Assembly: GCA_963719225.1 (NCBI GenBank)
Contig: CAVRAY010000002.1
Location: 256,001 to 320,000 of the forward strand
Reading direction: 5' to 3'
Origin: Thermoanaerobaculia bacterium
Lineage (GTDB): Bacteria > Acidobacteriota > Thermoanaerobaculia > UBA5066
Length of the DNA stretch: 64,000 nucleotides
Made by a program: the position numbers and the translations under genes. Each line of letters begins with the position of its first letter. Positions within the stretch are counted from its first letter, which is position 1. Shown here in pieces: positions 20,937-30,845 of the stretch. The notes under the pieces were generated by a model. The model searched no databases, was not told where the DNA came from, and worked only from the letters and a program-made list of their open reading frames with translations.

Positions 20937-23888
20937 TCAGCTGCAGCCGCTCGTCGCGCCGCAGTTCAGGCACTTGTAGCAGGCGCCGCCGCGGACCATG
21001 AGGCTGCCGCACTCGTGACAGCTCGGGGCGTCGGCGCTGTTCTCGAACGCGAGCCTGCTCGCGTGCGCGGCAGCCGGAACGGCGAATCCGATGGCCCGGG
21101 GCTCGGCCGCCTCCGGAGCCTGGGGCTTGGCGCTCGCGAGCGCCTGGAACGCCGCGGCGGCCGCGAGGACGGGGCCGGCCGCCTCCGCCGCGACCGGCGT
21201 CAGCGTCGCCTGGCCCTTCAAGTCGGCCGGCGTCGTCGCGGGGCCTCTCTCCTCGCGCGAGATCACGCCCGCTTTCTCCTTGAGGTCCGCCGTCAGGAAC
21301 TTCGAGGCGAGCCAGCGGAAGAGGTAGTCGACGAGGCTCTTCGCGATCGGGATCTCGGGGTTCTTCGTGTATCCGGACGGCTCGAAGCGCATGTGGCTGA
21401 ACTTCTCGACGAGCGCCTCCAGCGGGACCCCGTACTGCAGCGTCAGCGAGATGGCGGTCGCGAACGAGTCCATGAGGCCGGAGATCGTGGAGCCTTCCTT
21501 CGCCATCGTGAGGAAGATCTCCCCCGGCGTGCCGTCTTCGTACAGCCCGACGGTGATGTAGCCCTCGTGCCCACCGACGGAGAACTTGTGCGTGATCGCC
21601 CGGCGCTCGTCGGGGAGCTTGTGCCGGTGCGGGGTGCCGTCGGGCGTCGCCGCCGGGGCGGGAGCGGCCGGAGCTCCCGCCGTGCTTGCCTTCAGCCCGC
21701 GATGTCCCTTCACGGCGTCGTCGTTCCGGCTCGCGGCCGTGTTCAGGGGTTGCGTGCGCTTGCAGCCGTCGCGGTAAATCGCGATGGCTTTCAGCCCCAT
21801 CTTCCAGCCCTGCACGTAGACGTCCGCGATCTCCTCGACTGTGGCGTCGTTCGGCATGTTCACGGTCTTGCTGATCGCGCCCGAGAGGAAGGGCTGCACC
21901 GCCGACATCATCCTCACGTGGCCCATCGGGGCGATCGAGCGCGTGCCCCCGAGCGCCTTGAACGCGCAATCGAAGACCGGCAGGTGCTCGCTCTTGAGCG
22001 CCGGCGCTCCCTCGATCGTGCCCTTCTCGTCGATGTAGGTCACGATCGCGTGCATCTCGGCGTCCGAGTAGCCGAGGCGGGTCAGCGCGTGCGGGACGGT
22101 CTGGTTGACGATCTTGATCGTTCCGCCGCCGACGAGCTTCTTGTACTTGACGAGCGCGAGGTCGGGCTCCACGCCGGTGGTGTCGCAGTCCATCATGAAG
22201 CCGATCGTGCCCGTGGGCGCGAGCACCGTGGCCTGGGCGTTCCGGAAGCCGTGCTGCCGCCCCGACTCGAGCGTCAGGTCCCACACGGCGCGCTGCGCTT
22301 CGAGAAGGTCCTTCGGCACACCGCTCTTCTCGACGGCGTAGGCGGCGTCGCGATGCATGGAGATGACCTCGAGGAAGGCGTCGCGGTTCGGCGGATAGGC
22401 GTCGAACGGCCCCATCTCGGCGGCGATCTTCGCCGACGTCAGGTAGGCCTGCCCGTGCATCAGGCTCGTGACGGCCGCCGCGTAATGGCGACCCTCGTCG
22501 CTGTCGTAGGGAATGCCGTTGAACATGAGAAGCGCCCCGAGATTCGCGTAGCCGAGGCCGATCGGGCGGAACGCGTGCGAGTTCTTCTCGATCGCGCTCG
22601 TCGGATAAGAGGCCTCCGAGACGAGCATCTCCTGCGCCGCGAACACGACGTCCACGGCGTGCTGGAACTTCTCGATCTCGAAGCCCCCGTCCTCGCGCGC
22701 GAATTTCATGAGGTTCAGCGAGGCGAGGTTGCACGCCGAGTCGTCGATGAACATGTATTCCGAGCACGGGTTCGACGCGTTGATCCGGTGCGTCGCCTTG
22801 CACGGGTTCCACGTGTTGATGAGCGTGTCGTACTGCATGCCGGGGTCGCCGCAGACCCACGCCGACTCCGCCATCTTCATGAGCAGCTCTTTGGCGTCGA
22901 ACGTCCCCATGGGCTCGCCCGTCGTGACCGCCTTCGTCGTGTGCGTGCCGCCCGCTTCGACGGCGTTCATGAACGCGTCCGTGACCCTCACGGAGTGGTT
23001 CGCGTTCTGGAAGGCGATGTTCGCGTAGACCTCGCCGTTGAAGGAGCCGTCCCACCCGGAGTCGATGAGGTCCCAGGCCTTTTTCTCTTCCCGCTCCTTG
23101 CAGAGGATGAATTCCTCGACGTCGGGATGGTCCACGTTGAGGATGACCATCTTCGCGGCCCTGCGCGTCTTGCCGCCCGACTTGATGGCTCCCGCGAAGC
23201 TGTCGAAGCCCTTCATGAAGGAGACGGGGCCGGACGCGATGCCCCCGGAGGAGAGAGACTCGGTCGAGGAGCGCAACGACGAGAGGTTCGAGCCCGTGCC
23301 CGAACCGAACTTGAAGAGCATGCCTTCCGTCTTGGCGAGGTCGAGGATCGAGGACATCGAGTCCCCGACCGAGTTGATGAAGCACGCCGACGCTTGCGGC
23401 TTCTCTTCGACGCCGACGTTGAACCAGACGGGGGAGTTGAAGCTCGCGGCCTGGTTCACGAGGATGTGGGCGAGCTCGTCCGAGAACGTGTCGCGGTCCG
23501 CCGCGGTACGAAAGTACCCGTTCTTCTGCCCGAAGAGAGTGATCGTGTCCACGACGCGGCCGATGAGCTGCTTGACCGAGCGCTCGCGCTGCGGCGTCCC
23601 GGGCTTCCCGTGAAAGTATTTCTGCGCGACGATGTTCGTCGCCGTCATCGACCAGGTCTTCGGAACCTCGACGTCCTTCTGCTCGAAGAACACCTCGCCC
23701 TTCTCGTTCGTGATGGCCGCCGTGCGGAGCTCCCACTCCAGCGCGTCGAACGGGGGCGTGACCCCGTCCGTGAAGACTCGCCGGAAGCTGAGGCCGTTCA
23801 GGCCGGTCCGGGCGCGTGGGGCCGCATCCTTCTCGCCGGAGATTCCGGCGGCCGCGGGGCGCGTCTCTCGTGCGTTCGAGGTGCTCAT
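20937..23888 (-). CDS. nrdJ: Vitamin B12-dependent class II ribonucleotide reductase
   Basis: FNSPVWFN, SACFI, RRAAKM, SNPCSEY, APTGTI, GAISKTVN, YRDG; TSCPD-like domain; C-terminal CxxC..CxxC. Confidence 0.95.
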   Translation of the reverse strand: MSTSNARETRPAAAGISGEKDAAPRARTGLNGLSFRRVFTDGVTPPFDALEWELRTAAITNEKGEVFFEQKDVEVPKTWSMTATNIVAQKYFHGKPGTPQRERSVKQLIGRVVDTITLFGQKNGYFRTAADRDTFSDELAHILVNQAASFNSPVWFNVGVEEKPQASACFINSVGDSMSSILDLAKTEGMLFKFGSGTGSNLSSLRSSTESLSSGGIASGPVSFMKGFDSFAGAIKSGGKTRRAAKMVILNVDHPDVEEFILCKEREEKKAWDLIDSGWDGSFNGEVYANIAFQNANHSVRVTDAFMNAVEAGGTHTTKAVTTGEPMGTFDAKELLMKMAESAWVCGDPGMQYDTLINTWNPCKATHRINASNPCSEYMFIDDSACNLASLNLMKFAREDGGFEIEKFQHAVDVVFAAQEMLVSEASYPTSAIEKNSHAFRPIGLGYANLGALLMFNGIPYDSDEGRHYAAAVTSLMHGQAYLTSAKIAAEMGPFDAYPPNRDAFLEVISMHRDAAYAVEKSGVPKDLLEAQRAVWDLTLESGRQHGFRNAQATVLAPTGTIGFMMDCDTTGVEPDLALVKYKKLVGGGTIKIVNQTVPHALTRLGYSDAEMHAIVTYIDEKGTIEGAPALKSEHLPVFDCAFKALGGTRSIAPMGHVRMMSAVQPFLSGAISKTVNMPNDATVEEIADVYVQGWKMGLKAIAIYRDGCKRTQPLNTAASRNDDAVKGHRGLKASTAGAPAAPAPAATPDGTPHRHKLPDERRAITHKFSVGGHEGYITVGLYEDGTPGEIFLTMAKEGSTISGLMDSFATAISLTLQYGVPLEALVEKFSHMRFEPSGYTKNPEIPIAKSLVDYLFRWLASKFLTADLKEKAGVISREERGPATTPADLKGQATLTPVAAEAAGPVLAAAAAFQALASAKPQAPEAAEPRAIGFAVPAAAHASRLAFENSADAPSCHECGSLMVRGGACYKCLNCGATSGCS

Positions 23889-24081
23889 GGGTGAGAAAAC
23901 CTCCCTTTTTCCGCCTTCCTTCCCGCGAAGACGAAACTACCCCGTCTGCCAGCAGCCTGGCCTTTTTTCGCTTGTTCCGCGCTCTCGGCTTTTCTCGGCT
24001 CTGCCTCGGCTCGGTCTTGCGTCCGGCGTATGGGGCTGTCTCACAAGGTAATTCCCGCCCGCGCCTTTTTCAAGGGAAAAA

Positions 24082-24128
24082 ACGCTACCGATAGTGCTTT
24101 TTCTTCCCGGGGCCACTAGATAGTGGGG
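24082..24128 (-). promoter_or_regulatory. Tandem NrdR boxes
   Basis: acgctaccgatagtgc (24082-24097) and ccactagatagtgggg (24113-24128), 31-bp offset, resembling acaCwAtATaTwGtgt. Confidence 0.7.
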
Positions 24129-24239
24129 GTGCGGCCTGCTTCGCCGCGTGGCCATTGCAGGGCCTTCCCGTTTGACTTCCCACGTCCGGCACCCCAAGAT
24201 TCGTTCTCAACGAGCGGCGTCTCGCCGCGGGAGGGTTCC

Positions 24240-24617
24240 ATGTCCAGCGCCACCGAGACCGCGGCCACACAGGCCACGTCGCCGTCCGTCTTCATCCTCA
24301 ACGTCACCGACCGGGCGGTCGACAAGGTCAAGGATTTCGCCTCGAAAATGCCGGACGCCGCAGGCAAAGCCCTCAGGGTCTTCATCCAGGGCGGCGGCTG
24401 CTCGGGCTTCCAGTACGGCTTCACGTTCGACGAGAAGCGCCCGACCGACCACGTTCTCTCCGTGCGCGACATCGAGGTCATCGTCGACCCGCAGAGCGCG
24501 CTGAAGCTGCACGGCTCCACCGTGGACTTCATCGAGGACATGCGCGGCGCCGGCTTCTCGGTAGAGAACCCGAACGCGACGGGCGGGAGCTGCGGCTGCG
24601 GCAAGTCGTTCAGCTGA
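24240..24617 (+). CDS. A-type Fe-S carrier (IscA/ErpA/HesB family)
   Basis: GGGCSGFQY, NPNA, CGCGKSF. Confidence 0.93.
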   Translation: MSSATETAATQATSPSVFILNVTDRAVDKVKDFASKMPDAAGKALRVFIQGGGCSGFQYGFTFDEKRPTDHVLSVRDIEVIVDPQSALKLHGSTVDFIEDMRGAGFSVENPNATGGSCGCGKSFS

Positions 24618-24642
24618 GGAAGACGTCGAGCAGCGCTCCGTT

Positions 24643-25827
24643 CTGAAGATCGTCTTCCTGACGGTCTTCATCGACCTCCTCGGCTTCGGGATCGTGATCC
24701 CGCTGTTGCCGCTCTACGCCGAGAAATATCACCCGTCCCCGGTCGCGTTCGGGCTCCTCATGTCGAGTTACTCGGCGATGCAGTTTCTGTGCGCGCCTCT
24801 TCTCGGGCGGCTTTCGGACCGCTTCGGCCGGCGCCCGATTCTTCTCTTCTCCCTCGCGGGCACCGTCGTCGGTTACCTGCTCTTCGCGTTCGCGCGCTCC
24901 TTGCCGGTGCTCTTCGCGTCGCGCCTCCTCGACGGGGCCACCGGCGGAAACATCGGCACCGCCCACGCCGTCATCGCGGATACGACGAGCCCCCAGGAAC
25001 GCGCCCGCGGCATGGGCCTCGTCGGGATGGCCTTCGGGCTCGGATTCATCTTCGGGCCCGCGATCGCGGGTTTCACGGTCGGTCTCTCCGAGAGCGCCCC
25101 GGGCCTCGCGGCGGCTTCGCTCTCGTTCACCGCGCTCGTCTGGGCCTTCTTCAAGCTGCCCGAGACCCGCCCCGAAGGCGGGAAACCCTCGCGCTTCTCC
25201 TTCTTCTCCTTCTCGGCGCTCGCCCGTGCCTTCCGCCGGCCGGAGATCGGCGCTCTCATGCTGCTCTCTCTCGTCACGACGACGGCCTTCGCGACCTTCG
25301 AGTCGACGTTCGCTCAGTTCGTCTCGGAGCGCCTCGGCGCCGGCGCATCCACCGTCGCGTGGTTCTTCGTCTTCGTCGGCGTGTGCTCGGCGCTCGTGCA
25401 GGGTCTTCTCGTGCGCCGCCTCGTCGGATGGGCCGGAGAAGCGCGGCTCGTCATCGCCGGGGCCGTGCTGCTGATCTCGGGGTTCCTGGGCCTCAGGGCG
25501 GTGCACTCGGTCCCCGTCCTTCTCCTCGTGATCGCCGTGATCGCTCTCGGGATCGGGATCACGACGCCGACCCTTTCCTCGCTCGTCAGCCGGCGCTCCC
25601 AGGCGGGCGAACAGGGAGAGATCCTGGGGGCGTATCAGTCGATGGGGTCTCTGGGCCGCGTCTTCGGGCCCTTCGGAAGCGAGAACCTGTACCTGAGGAT
25701 CGGGCCAGACTCGCCGCATTGGGCCGCGGCAGCGCTCGAGGCCGCCGCGCTCTCTCTTTCCGCCACAGGGCTCCTGAGAGAGAATGGCCGGGGGCCGCGC
25801 GAACCCGACGCGGACCCCGTCGCATGA
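24643..25827 (+). CDS. MFS transporter (TetA/DHA1-like); start uncertain, first canonical start 24694
   Basis: VFIDLLGFGIVIP, GRLSDRFGRRP, GFIFGPAI. Confidence 0.88.
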   Translation: MKIVFLTVFIDLLGFGIVIPLLPLYAEKYHPSPVAFGLLMSSYSAMQFLCAPLLGRLSDRFGRRPILLFSLAGTVVGYLLFAFARSLPVLFASRLLDGATGGNIGTAHAVIADTTSPQERARGMGLVGMAFGLGFIFGPAIAGFTVGLSESAPGLAAASLSFTALVWAFFKLPETRPEGGKPSRFSFFSFSALARAFRRPEIGALMLLSLVTTTAFATFESTFAQFVSERLGAGASTVAWFFVFVGVCSALVQGLLVRRLVGWAGEARLVIAGAVLLISGFLGLRAVHSVPVLLLVIAVIALGIGITTPTLSSLVSRRSQAGEQGEILGAYQSMGSLGRVFGPFGSENLYLRIGPDSPHWAAAALEAAALSLSATGLLRENGRGPREPDADPVA

Positions 25828-26384
25828 CTCCGATCGCCCAGACCGTCCATACGCTCGCGCGCGACTGCGTGGCGATTCGCATTCCGAGCGGAGAGCCCGT
25901 CACGCTTCAGGCGGGCACGTCCGTCTATCTCACGCAGTCCCTGGGCGGGACATTCACGGTGCAGGCGCCGGCGCTCGGCGGCCTCTTCCGGATCGCCGGG
26001 TCGGACGCCGACGCCCTGGGCCTCGAGCCGCTCGCGGGCGATGCGGCGACACGCCCGCGCGCGCCCGGGCCCGTGAACGAAGAGGCGGTGTGGAACTGTC
26101 TCAAGACCGTGTTCGACCCGGAGATCCCCGTGAACATCGTGGACCTGGGGCTCGTCTACGACCTTCGCATCCTTCCCGCCGCGGCCGCGGGAGAGCGCGT
26201 CGAGGTGAAGATGACGTTGACGGCGCCCGGGTGCGGCATGGGAGGCGCGATCGCCTCGGACGCGCAGGCGAAGATCGCGTCGGTGCCCGGCGTGGCCGAA
26301 GCGGAGGTCATGGTCGTTTGGGATCCGCCCTGGAGCGCGGAGATGATGACGCCCGAGGGAAAGCGTCTCCTCGGGATTGCCTGA
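25824..26384 (+). CDS. sufT: Fe-S assembly protein SufT (DUF59)
   Basis: TQSLGGTFTV, DPEIPVNIVDLGLVY, MTLTAPGCGMG, WDPPW; ATGA overlap. Confidence 0.9.
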   Translation: MTPIAQTVHTLARDCVAIRIPSGEPVTLQAGTSVYLTQSLGGTFTVQAPALGGLFRIAGSDADALGLEPLAGDAATRPRAPGPVNEEAVWNCLKTVFDPEIPVNIVDLGLVYDLRILPAAAAGERVEVKMTLTAPGCGMGGAIASDAQAKIASVPGVAEAEVMVVWDPPWSAEMMTPEGKRLLGIA

Positions 26385-26388
26385 CACT

Positions 26389-26724
26389 CTACTGAAGCCT
26401 CACCCGTCCCGCGAAGCCTTCCTCGTAGCCGTGGAAGAACTCGAGGGACTCCTCGGGCCACTTCCAGCAGTAATAGCCCGCGCCCGAATCGAAATCCACG
26501 AGCCACGGCCCCTTGACCTCGATCCCGAGCTCCTCGATCCCGTTCGCCCATTCGGCGAGCGTTTCGGCCACGGCCCGCTCGGTCCGTGTCCCGCCGGGCC
26601 CGTCGTCGGACGGGATCTCCATCTCCGAGAGCGCCTCGACCGCACGCCGGGTCCTTTCGCGCACCTCGGGGAGGAGGGCGCGAGCCTCCTCGAACGTGAA
26701 CGTCTTCCGCGGGGTCTCGCCCAT
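26389..26724 (-). CDS. DUF2203 family protein
   Basis: FTFEEARALLP...VKGPWLVDF...CWKWPE...FHGYEEGFAGR. Confidence 0.85.
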   Translation of the reverse strand: MGETPRKTFTFEEARALLPEVRERTRRAVEALSEMEIPSDDGPGGTRTERAVAETLAEWANGIEELGIEVKGPWLVDFDSGAGYYCWKWPEESLEFFHGYEEGFAGRVRLQ

Positions 26725-26752
26725 CGCGTGAGGATAACGCGTCCCAGGCCCT

Positions 26753-27940
26753 ATGATCCGCCGCGTGAAGGCGCTCGCGAGAGGCAGCACGGAGGTCGAG
26801 GCCGAGGCCGTCCGTCTCCGCCGCGCGATCCATGCCCGTCCGGAGACGGCGTTCGAGGAGATCGAGACGGCCCGCCTCGTCGCGGATCGCATGCGCGCGC
26901 GCTCTCTCGCCGTGCGTACGGGCGTCGGAAAGACGGGCGTCCAGGCCGTCCTCGACACGGGCCGGCCCGGAAAGACGGTTCTCCTCCGGGCCGACATGGA
27001 CGCCCTCCCCCTCGCGGAGAAGACGGGGCTCGCCTTCGCGGCGACGAACGGAAAGATGCACGCCTGCGGTCACGACGGGCACGTGGCGGCGCTCGACGCG
27101 GCGGCGGATCTCCTCGTCCTCGACCCGCCCGCCAGGGGGCGCGTCGTGTTCGCGTTCCAGCCGGGAGAAGAGGGCGCCGGCGGCGCGCAGGCCATGATCG
27201 CCGACGGCGTGCTCGACGACCCCCGACCCGACGCGGTTTTCGGCGTGCACCTCTGGGCCGCGCTGCCGCTCGGACAGGTCGGCGTCGCGCGCGACGCCAT
27301 GATGGCGGCCGTGGACGAATTCTCGATCGACGTGACGAGTCCCGGCGGCCACGCGGCCTCGCCCCACGAGACGCGGGACACGGTCGTGGCGGCCGCTCAC
27401 GTCGTCACCGCGCTCCAGACGATCGTGGCGCGGCGTCTCTCGCCGCTCCTGCCGGCCGTCGTCTCGGTAACGTCGATGCACGGGGGGTCGGCGTTCAACA
27501 TCCTGCCCGAATCGGTGGTGCTCCGCGGCACGTGCCGGTCCTTCGACGCCGAAGTCGCCGAGCGCCTGCCATCCCTCGTCCAGGAAGTCGCCGAGCACGC
27601 CGCGCGTGCTCTCGGCTGCGAGGCGAGGACCGTGTACCGGAAGCTCAACCCCGCTGTCGTGAATCACCCGAAGGAGGGCGAGCGCGCACGTCGCGTCGCC
27701 GAAGCTCTCTTTCCGCGCGCGTCGGCGGCGGGCGTCACGACGTCCTGCCGGACGATGGGCGGAGAGGACTTCAGCGAGTTCCTCCAGAGGGTCCCGGGCG
27801 CCTTCTCGTTCGTCGGCGCGGCGCCGGCCGGCTTTCCGCGCGGACCGCACCACGCGCCCGACTTCGACTTCGACGAGCGCGCGCTGCCGCACGCGGCGCT
27901 CCTCCTCGCGGGCTTCGCGCGCGACGTCCTCGCCGACTGA
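26753..27940 (+). CDS. M20 family amidohydrolase
   Basis: LRADMDALP, MHACGHDGH, FQPGEEG, GGHA..PH, GEDF. Confidence 0.92.
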   Translation: MIRRVKALARGSTEVEAEAVRLRRAIHARPETAFEEIETARLVADRMRARSLAVRTGVGKTGVQAVLDTGRPGKTVLLRADMDALPLAEKTGLAFAATNGKMHACGHDGHVAALDAAADLLVLDPPARGRVVFAFQPGEEGAGGAQAMIADGVLDDPRPDAVFGVHLWAALPLGQVGVARDAMMAAVDEFSIDVTSPGGHAASPHETRDTVVAAAHVVTALQTIVARRLSPLLPAVVSVTSMHGGSAFNILPESVVLRGTCRSFDAEVAERLPSLVQEVAEHAARALGCEARTVYRKLNPAVVNHPKEGERARRVAEALFPRASAAGVTTSCRTMGGEDFSEFLQRVPGAFSFVGAAPAGFPRGPHHAPDFDFDERALPHAALLLAGFARDVLAD

Positions 27941-27959
27941 GGCCCTGAAGCGCTGACGC

Positions 27960-29288
27960 GTGGCCTTCGCCCTCGTCCTCTACGGCGCCGCCGTCCTCCT
28001 CGTCGGCTCTTTCGCGGCCAGAGCCGCCTCGCGCTCGACGGCCTCCTTCCTCGTCGCGGACCGCGGCCTCTCGGCGTTCACGTCCTGGGCGGCGCTCTCC
28101 TCCACAGTGATCGGCGGGTCCACGACCCTCGTCCTCGCGACGCTCGTCGTACGCGTGGGTCTCCCCGCTCTCTGGCTCGACCTCGCGGGTTCGCTCGGCC
28201 TCCTCGCCCTCGGCCTCTTCTTCGCGCCGCGCGTTCGCGCGACAGGCGCGACGACGATTGCCGAGGTCGTCGGAAGGACGTACGGAGAGGGCGTGCGCAA
28301 GATCGCCGCCGTTCTCGTCGTCCTCGCGGAGATCGTCTGGTTCGCGCTCCTGACCGAGGCGACCCAGACGGTCGTCGTCGCGACGACGCCCTGGCAACCC
28401 GTGCGCGTCCTCGTCGTCACGGCCGCGCTTTTCGTCGCGTACACGGCTCTCGGGGGCCAGCGCGCCGTCGTGAGGACGGACCTGCTCCAGTTCGGCCTCA
28501 TGGTGGCGGGCCTTCTCGCCGTGGCGCTTCCGCTCGCCGTCTCGTCCCTCTCCGCGTCGAAGCCGCCTGGGGAGCTCCTCCACTTCCCGACGGGCCCGCG
28601 CTTCTCGTGGGGCGACGTGGGCGCTCTCCTCGTCCTCGTGGGCCTGCCGCACGCCGTCGGAAGCGACGTCTGGGCGAAGCTCCTCTCCGCGCGCGACGCC
28701 CGCAGCGCACGGCGTGCGGCCCTCGGTGCGGCATTTTCCAAGCTCGCCTTCGGCCTCGCGACGGTCGCGATCGCCCTCGCGGGGATCGCGCGCGGCGTCG
28801 GCGGTCCTCCCCAGGAGCTCTTTCCCCGTACGGTCTTTCTCCTCGCGGGAACGGCTCTCGCCCCGCTCCTCCTCGTGGCCCTCGTCGCGACGATGCAGTC
28901 TTCGGCGGACTCCGTTCTCCTGTCGGCCGCCGCGGCCACGACGCACGATCTCCTCGGGCCGAGGGCGGGAGTGCTCGCCACCCGCCTCGCCGTCGTCGTG
29001 TACGGCGGTCTCGGCCTCGTCGTCGCGCTCGTGCTCCGCGACCTCATCGAGACTTTCCGCCTCGGCTACACGCTCTTCGCCTCCGGCCTCATCCTGCCCA
29101 CGCTCGTCGCGTTCCTGCCCGGAGTCCGCGTGGATCGGCGCTTCGCGGGGACCGCGATGCTGCTGGGCGGCGCGACCGCGATACTCGAGCGCTTCGCCCA
29201 CCCGTTCGGAATCGATCCCGTCCTCGCGGGCACGGGCATGAACGCCCTTGTCCTGCTCCTGGGCCTGCGCAGGGCTTCGACGGCCTAG
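27960..29288 (+). CDS. Sodium:solute symporter family protein
   Basis: FLVADRGL, YTALGGQRAVVRTDLLQF, MQSSADS; many TMs. Confidence 0.88.
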   Translation: MAFALVLYGAAVLLVGSFAARAASRSTASFLVADRGLSAFTSWAALSSTVIGGSTTLVLATLVVRVGLPALWLDLAGSLGLLALGLFFAPRVRATGATTIAEVVGRTYGEGVRKIAAVLVVLAEIVWFALLTEATQTVVVATTPWQPVRVLVVTAALFVAYTALGGQRAVVRTDLLQFGLMVAGLLAVALPLAVSSLSASKPPGELLHFPTGPRFSWGDVGALLVLVGLPHAVGSDVWAKLLSARDARSARRAALGAAFSKLAFGLATVAIALAGIARGVGGPPQELFPRTVFLLAGTALAPLLLVALVATMQSSADSVLLSAAAATTHDLLGPRAGVLATRLAVVVYGGLGLVVALVLRDLIETFRLGYTLFASGLILPTLVAFLPGVRVDRRFAGTAMLLGGATAILERFAHPFGIDPVLAGTGMNALVLLLGLRRASTA

Positions 29289-29866
29289 AGGCCGGTCACG
29301 CGCAGCGCCGCGGCGACGATCCCCTCTCGCAACGCGTCGGAGGCCAACGGCGGTGAGGAAACTTCTCCGGCGCTCGTGTTCAGCGCGGCGAAGAGCGCGG
29401 CGTCGAGAAGCGTGAGGATGAGGCGGGCCGTCTCGGCCGGCGGCAACGGGCTCACGACGCCCGGCTCCGCGAGCGTCCTCGCGAGGAGCCTCGCGCGCGG
29501 GTCCTCGGGTGTCAGGGGGCCGGCGAGCCTCTGGAAGAGCGTCAGCCTCGCGAGAGAAGGCCGCGCGAGCCCGGCATCCCAGAGGGCGAGGACGGCCGAC
29601 GTCAGACGCTCCCCCGGCGACCCGCCGCTTCCCGGGAGCGCCACGTCCGGAATCGCGCGTTCGAGGACGGCACGATAGAGCTTTTCCTTGCTTCCGAAGT
29701 GGTAATGGAGGGTCGCGACGTTCACGCCGGCCCGAGCGGCCATCTGGCGCGTCGTGGCGCCCGCGAAACCCGCAACCGCGAAACACTCTTCCGCGGCGTC
29801 GAGCAGGACGCGCCGCGTTTCGACGGGATCGCCGCCGCGAGGGCGGCCGACGTGTCGTCTCGGCAC
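29285..29866 (-). CDS. TetR/AcrR family regulator (alternative start 29875)
   Basis: GFAGATTRQMAARAGVNVATLHYHFGSKEKL. Confidence 0.9.
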   Translation of the reverse strand: MPRRHVGRPRGGDPVETRRVLLDAAEECFAVAGFAGATTRQMAARAGVNVATLHYHFGSKEKLYRAVLERAIPDVALPGSGGSPGERLTSAVLALWDAGLARPSLARLTLFQRLAGPLTPEDPRARLLARTLAEPGVVSPLPPAETARLILTLLDAALFAALNTSAGEVSSPPLASDALREGIVAAALRVTGL

Positions 29867-29892
29867 GCCGCGCATGCTAGCGTTCAGAAAGG

Positions 29893-30732
29893 GTGGGGGC
29901 GAAAAACGTTTTTTCCGTCTCGATCCGGGCGGCCGCGCGAAAGGAAGGCGGCCCCGGCGCTCCCCTCGACGCCGATCTTCTGCACGCGCGTGAGACGGAC
30001 CCGGAGGGGTCGCTCCTGGCCGTGGATCAAGAGGGCCGTCCGGTCGGCTCCGCTCTCGCCGTCGTCCGCGAGGACGCGCTTCTCCTCCTCGCGCTCTCCG
30101 TCACGGCGGAATGGCGGGGGCAGGGGATCGGAAGCGCGCTCCTCGCGGCGGCGCGTGCATATGGCGCCGCACGCGGCGCCCGCGCCCTGGACGTGCTCGC
30201 GCCCGAGGACCCGTCCACGCTCGCGTTCTTTTTCCGCGCCGGCCTCTCCGTCCGCTCGGTCGTTCTCGACCTGACGGCGACAACATCCGATGCGGCGGCC
30301 CCTTCCGGAGCCTCCCTCCATACCGTCCCTTCTGGACCTTCTCTTTACGGCTGGATCGCCACGCTCGACCGCGAGACCCGCGGCTTTGCCCGCCCGCGCG
30401 AGTGGGCGCGGTGGGCGCAGGAGGGTCGCGTCTTTTCGTGGCGCCGCAGCGGCCGGCCCGTGGCCATCGGCGCCTGGCAGACCGGACCCGCGGGGGTCGC
30501 TCTCGGTCCCATCGCGGCGAGAACTCCGGAGGGTGCCGCCGACTTCCTGCCCCTCCTCGCGTCGCGCGCCGGCGGCGGGCGCTTCTCTCTCGCGCTTCCC
30601 GCCGAGGCGCGGGCGCTCCTCGCTGCGGCCCGTCACCTCGGCTTCCGGCCCGTCTCGACGCGTGTCCTTCTCGCCGAGAGCAGGCGAGGAGATCTCCGCC
30701 GTTACGCGGGGGGGGGCGGCGTCTTCTTCTGA
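29893..30732 (+). CDS. GNAT family N-acetyltransferase
   Basis: LSVTAEWRGQGIGSALL. Confidence 0.8.
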   Translation: MGAKNVFSVSIRAAARKEGGPGAPLDADLLHARETDPEGSLLAVDQEGRPVGSALAVVREDALLLLALSVTAEWRGQGIGSALLAAARAYGAARGARALDVLAPEDPSTLAFFFRAGLSVRSVVLDLTATTSDAAAPSGASLHTVPSGPSLYGWIATLDRETRGFARPREWARWAQEGRVFSWRRSGRPVAIGAWQTGPAGVALGPIAARTPEGAADFLPLLASRAGGGRFSLALPAEARALLAAARHLGFRPVSTRVLLAESRRGDLRRYAGGGGVFF

Positions 30733-30845
30733 AAGCCGGAAAGGGGCGGCGTCACTTCCCACGCGGGCGGGCTAAACTTCAGGCCGCATTCTTGCGTCTC
30801 ACGGCTGTCTGCCGGGCGCCGCGTCGCAGAAAGAGGAGATTCACG

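Noticed and set aside
21015-23894. Very long antisense or alternative-frame ORFs (also 46993-50151, 173-2371, 11843-13951, 18520-20460, 52296-54272)
   Set aside because: Shadow ORFs expected at this GC content; Arg/Gly/Ala-rich, no motifs, and they overlap well-supported genes.
30733-30845. Possible riboswitch upstream of the secreted protein gene
   Set aside because: I could not match the conserved cores of c-di-GMP or other riboswitches by eye; an Rfam scan is needed.
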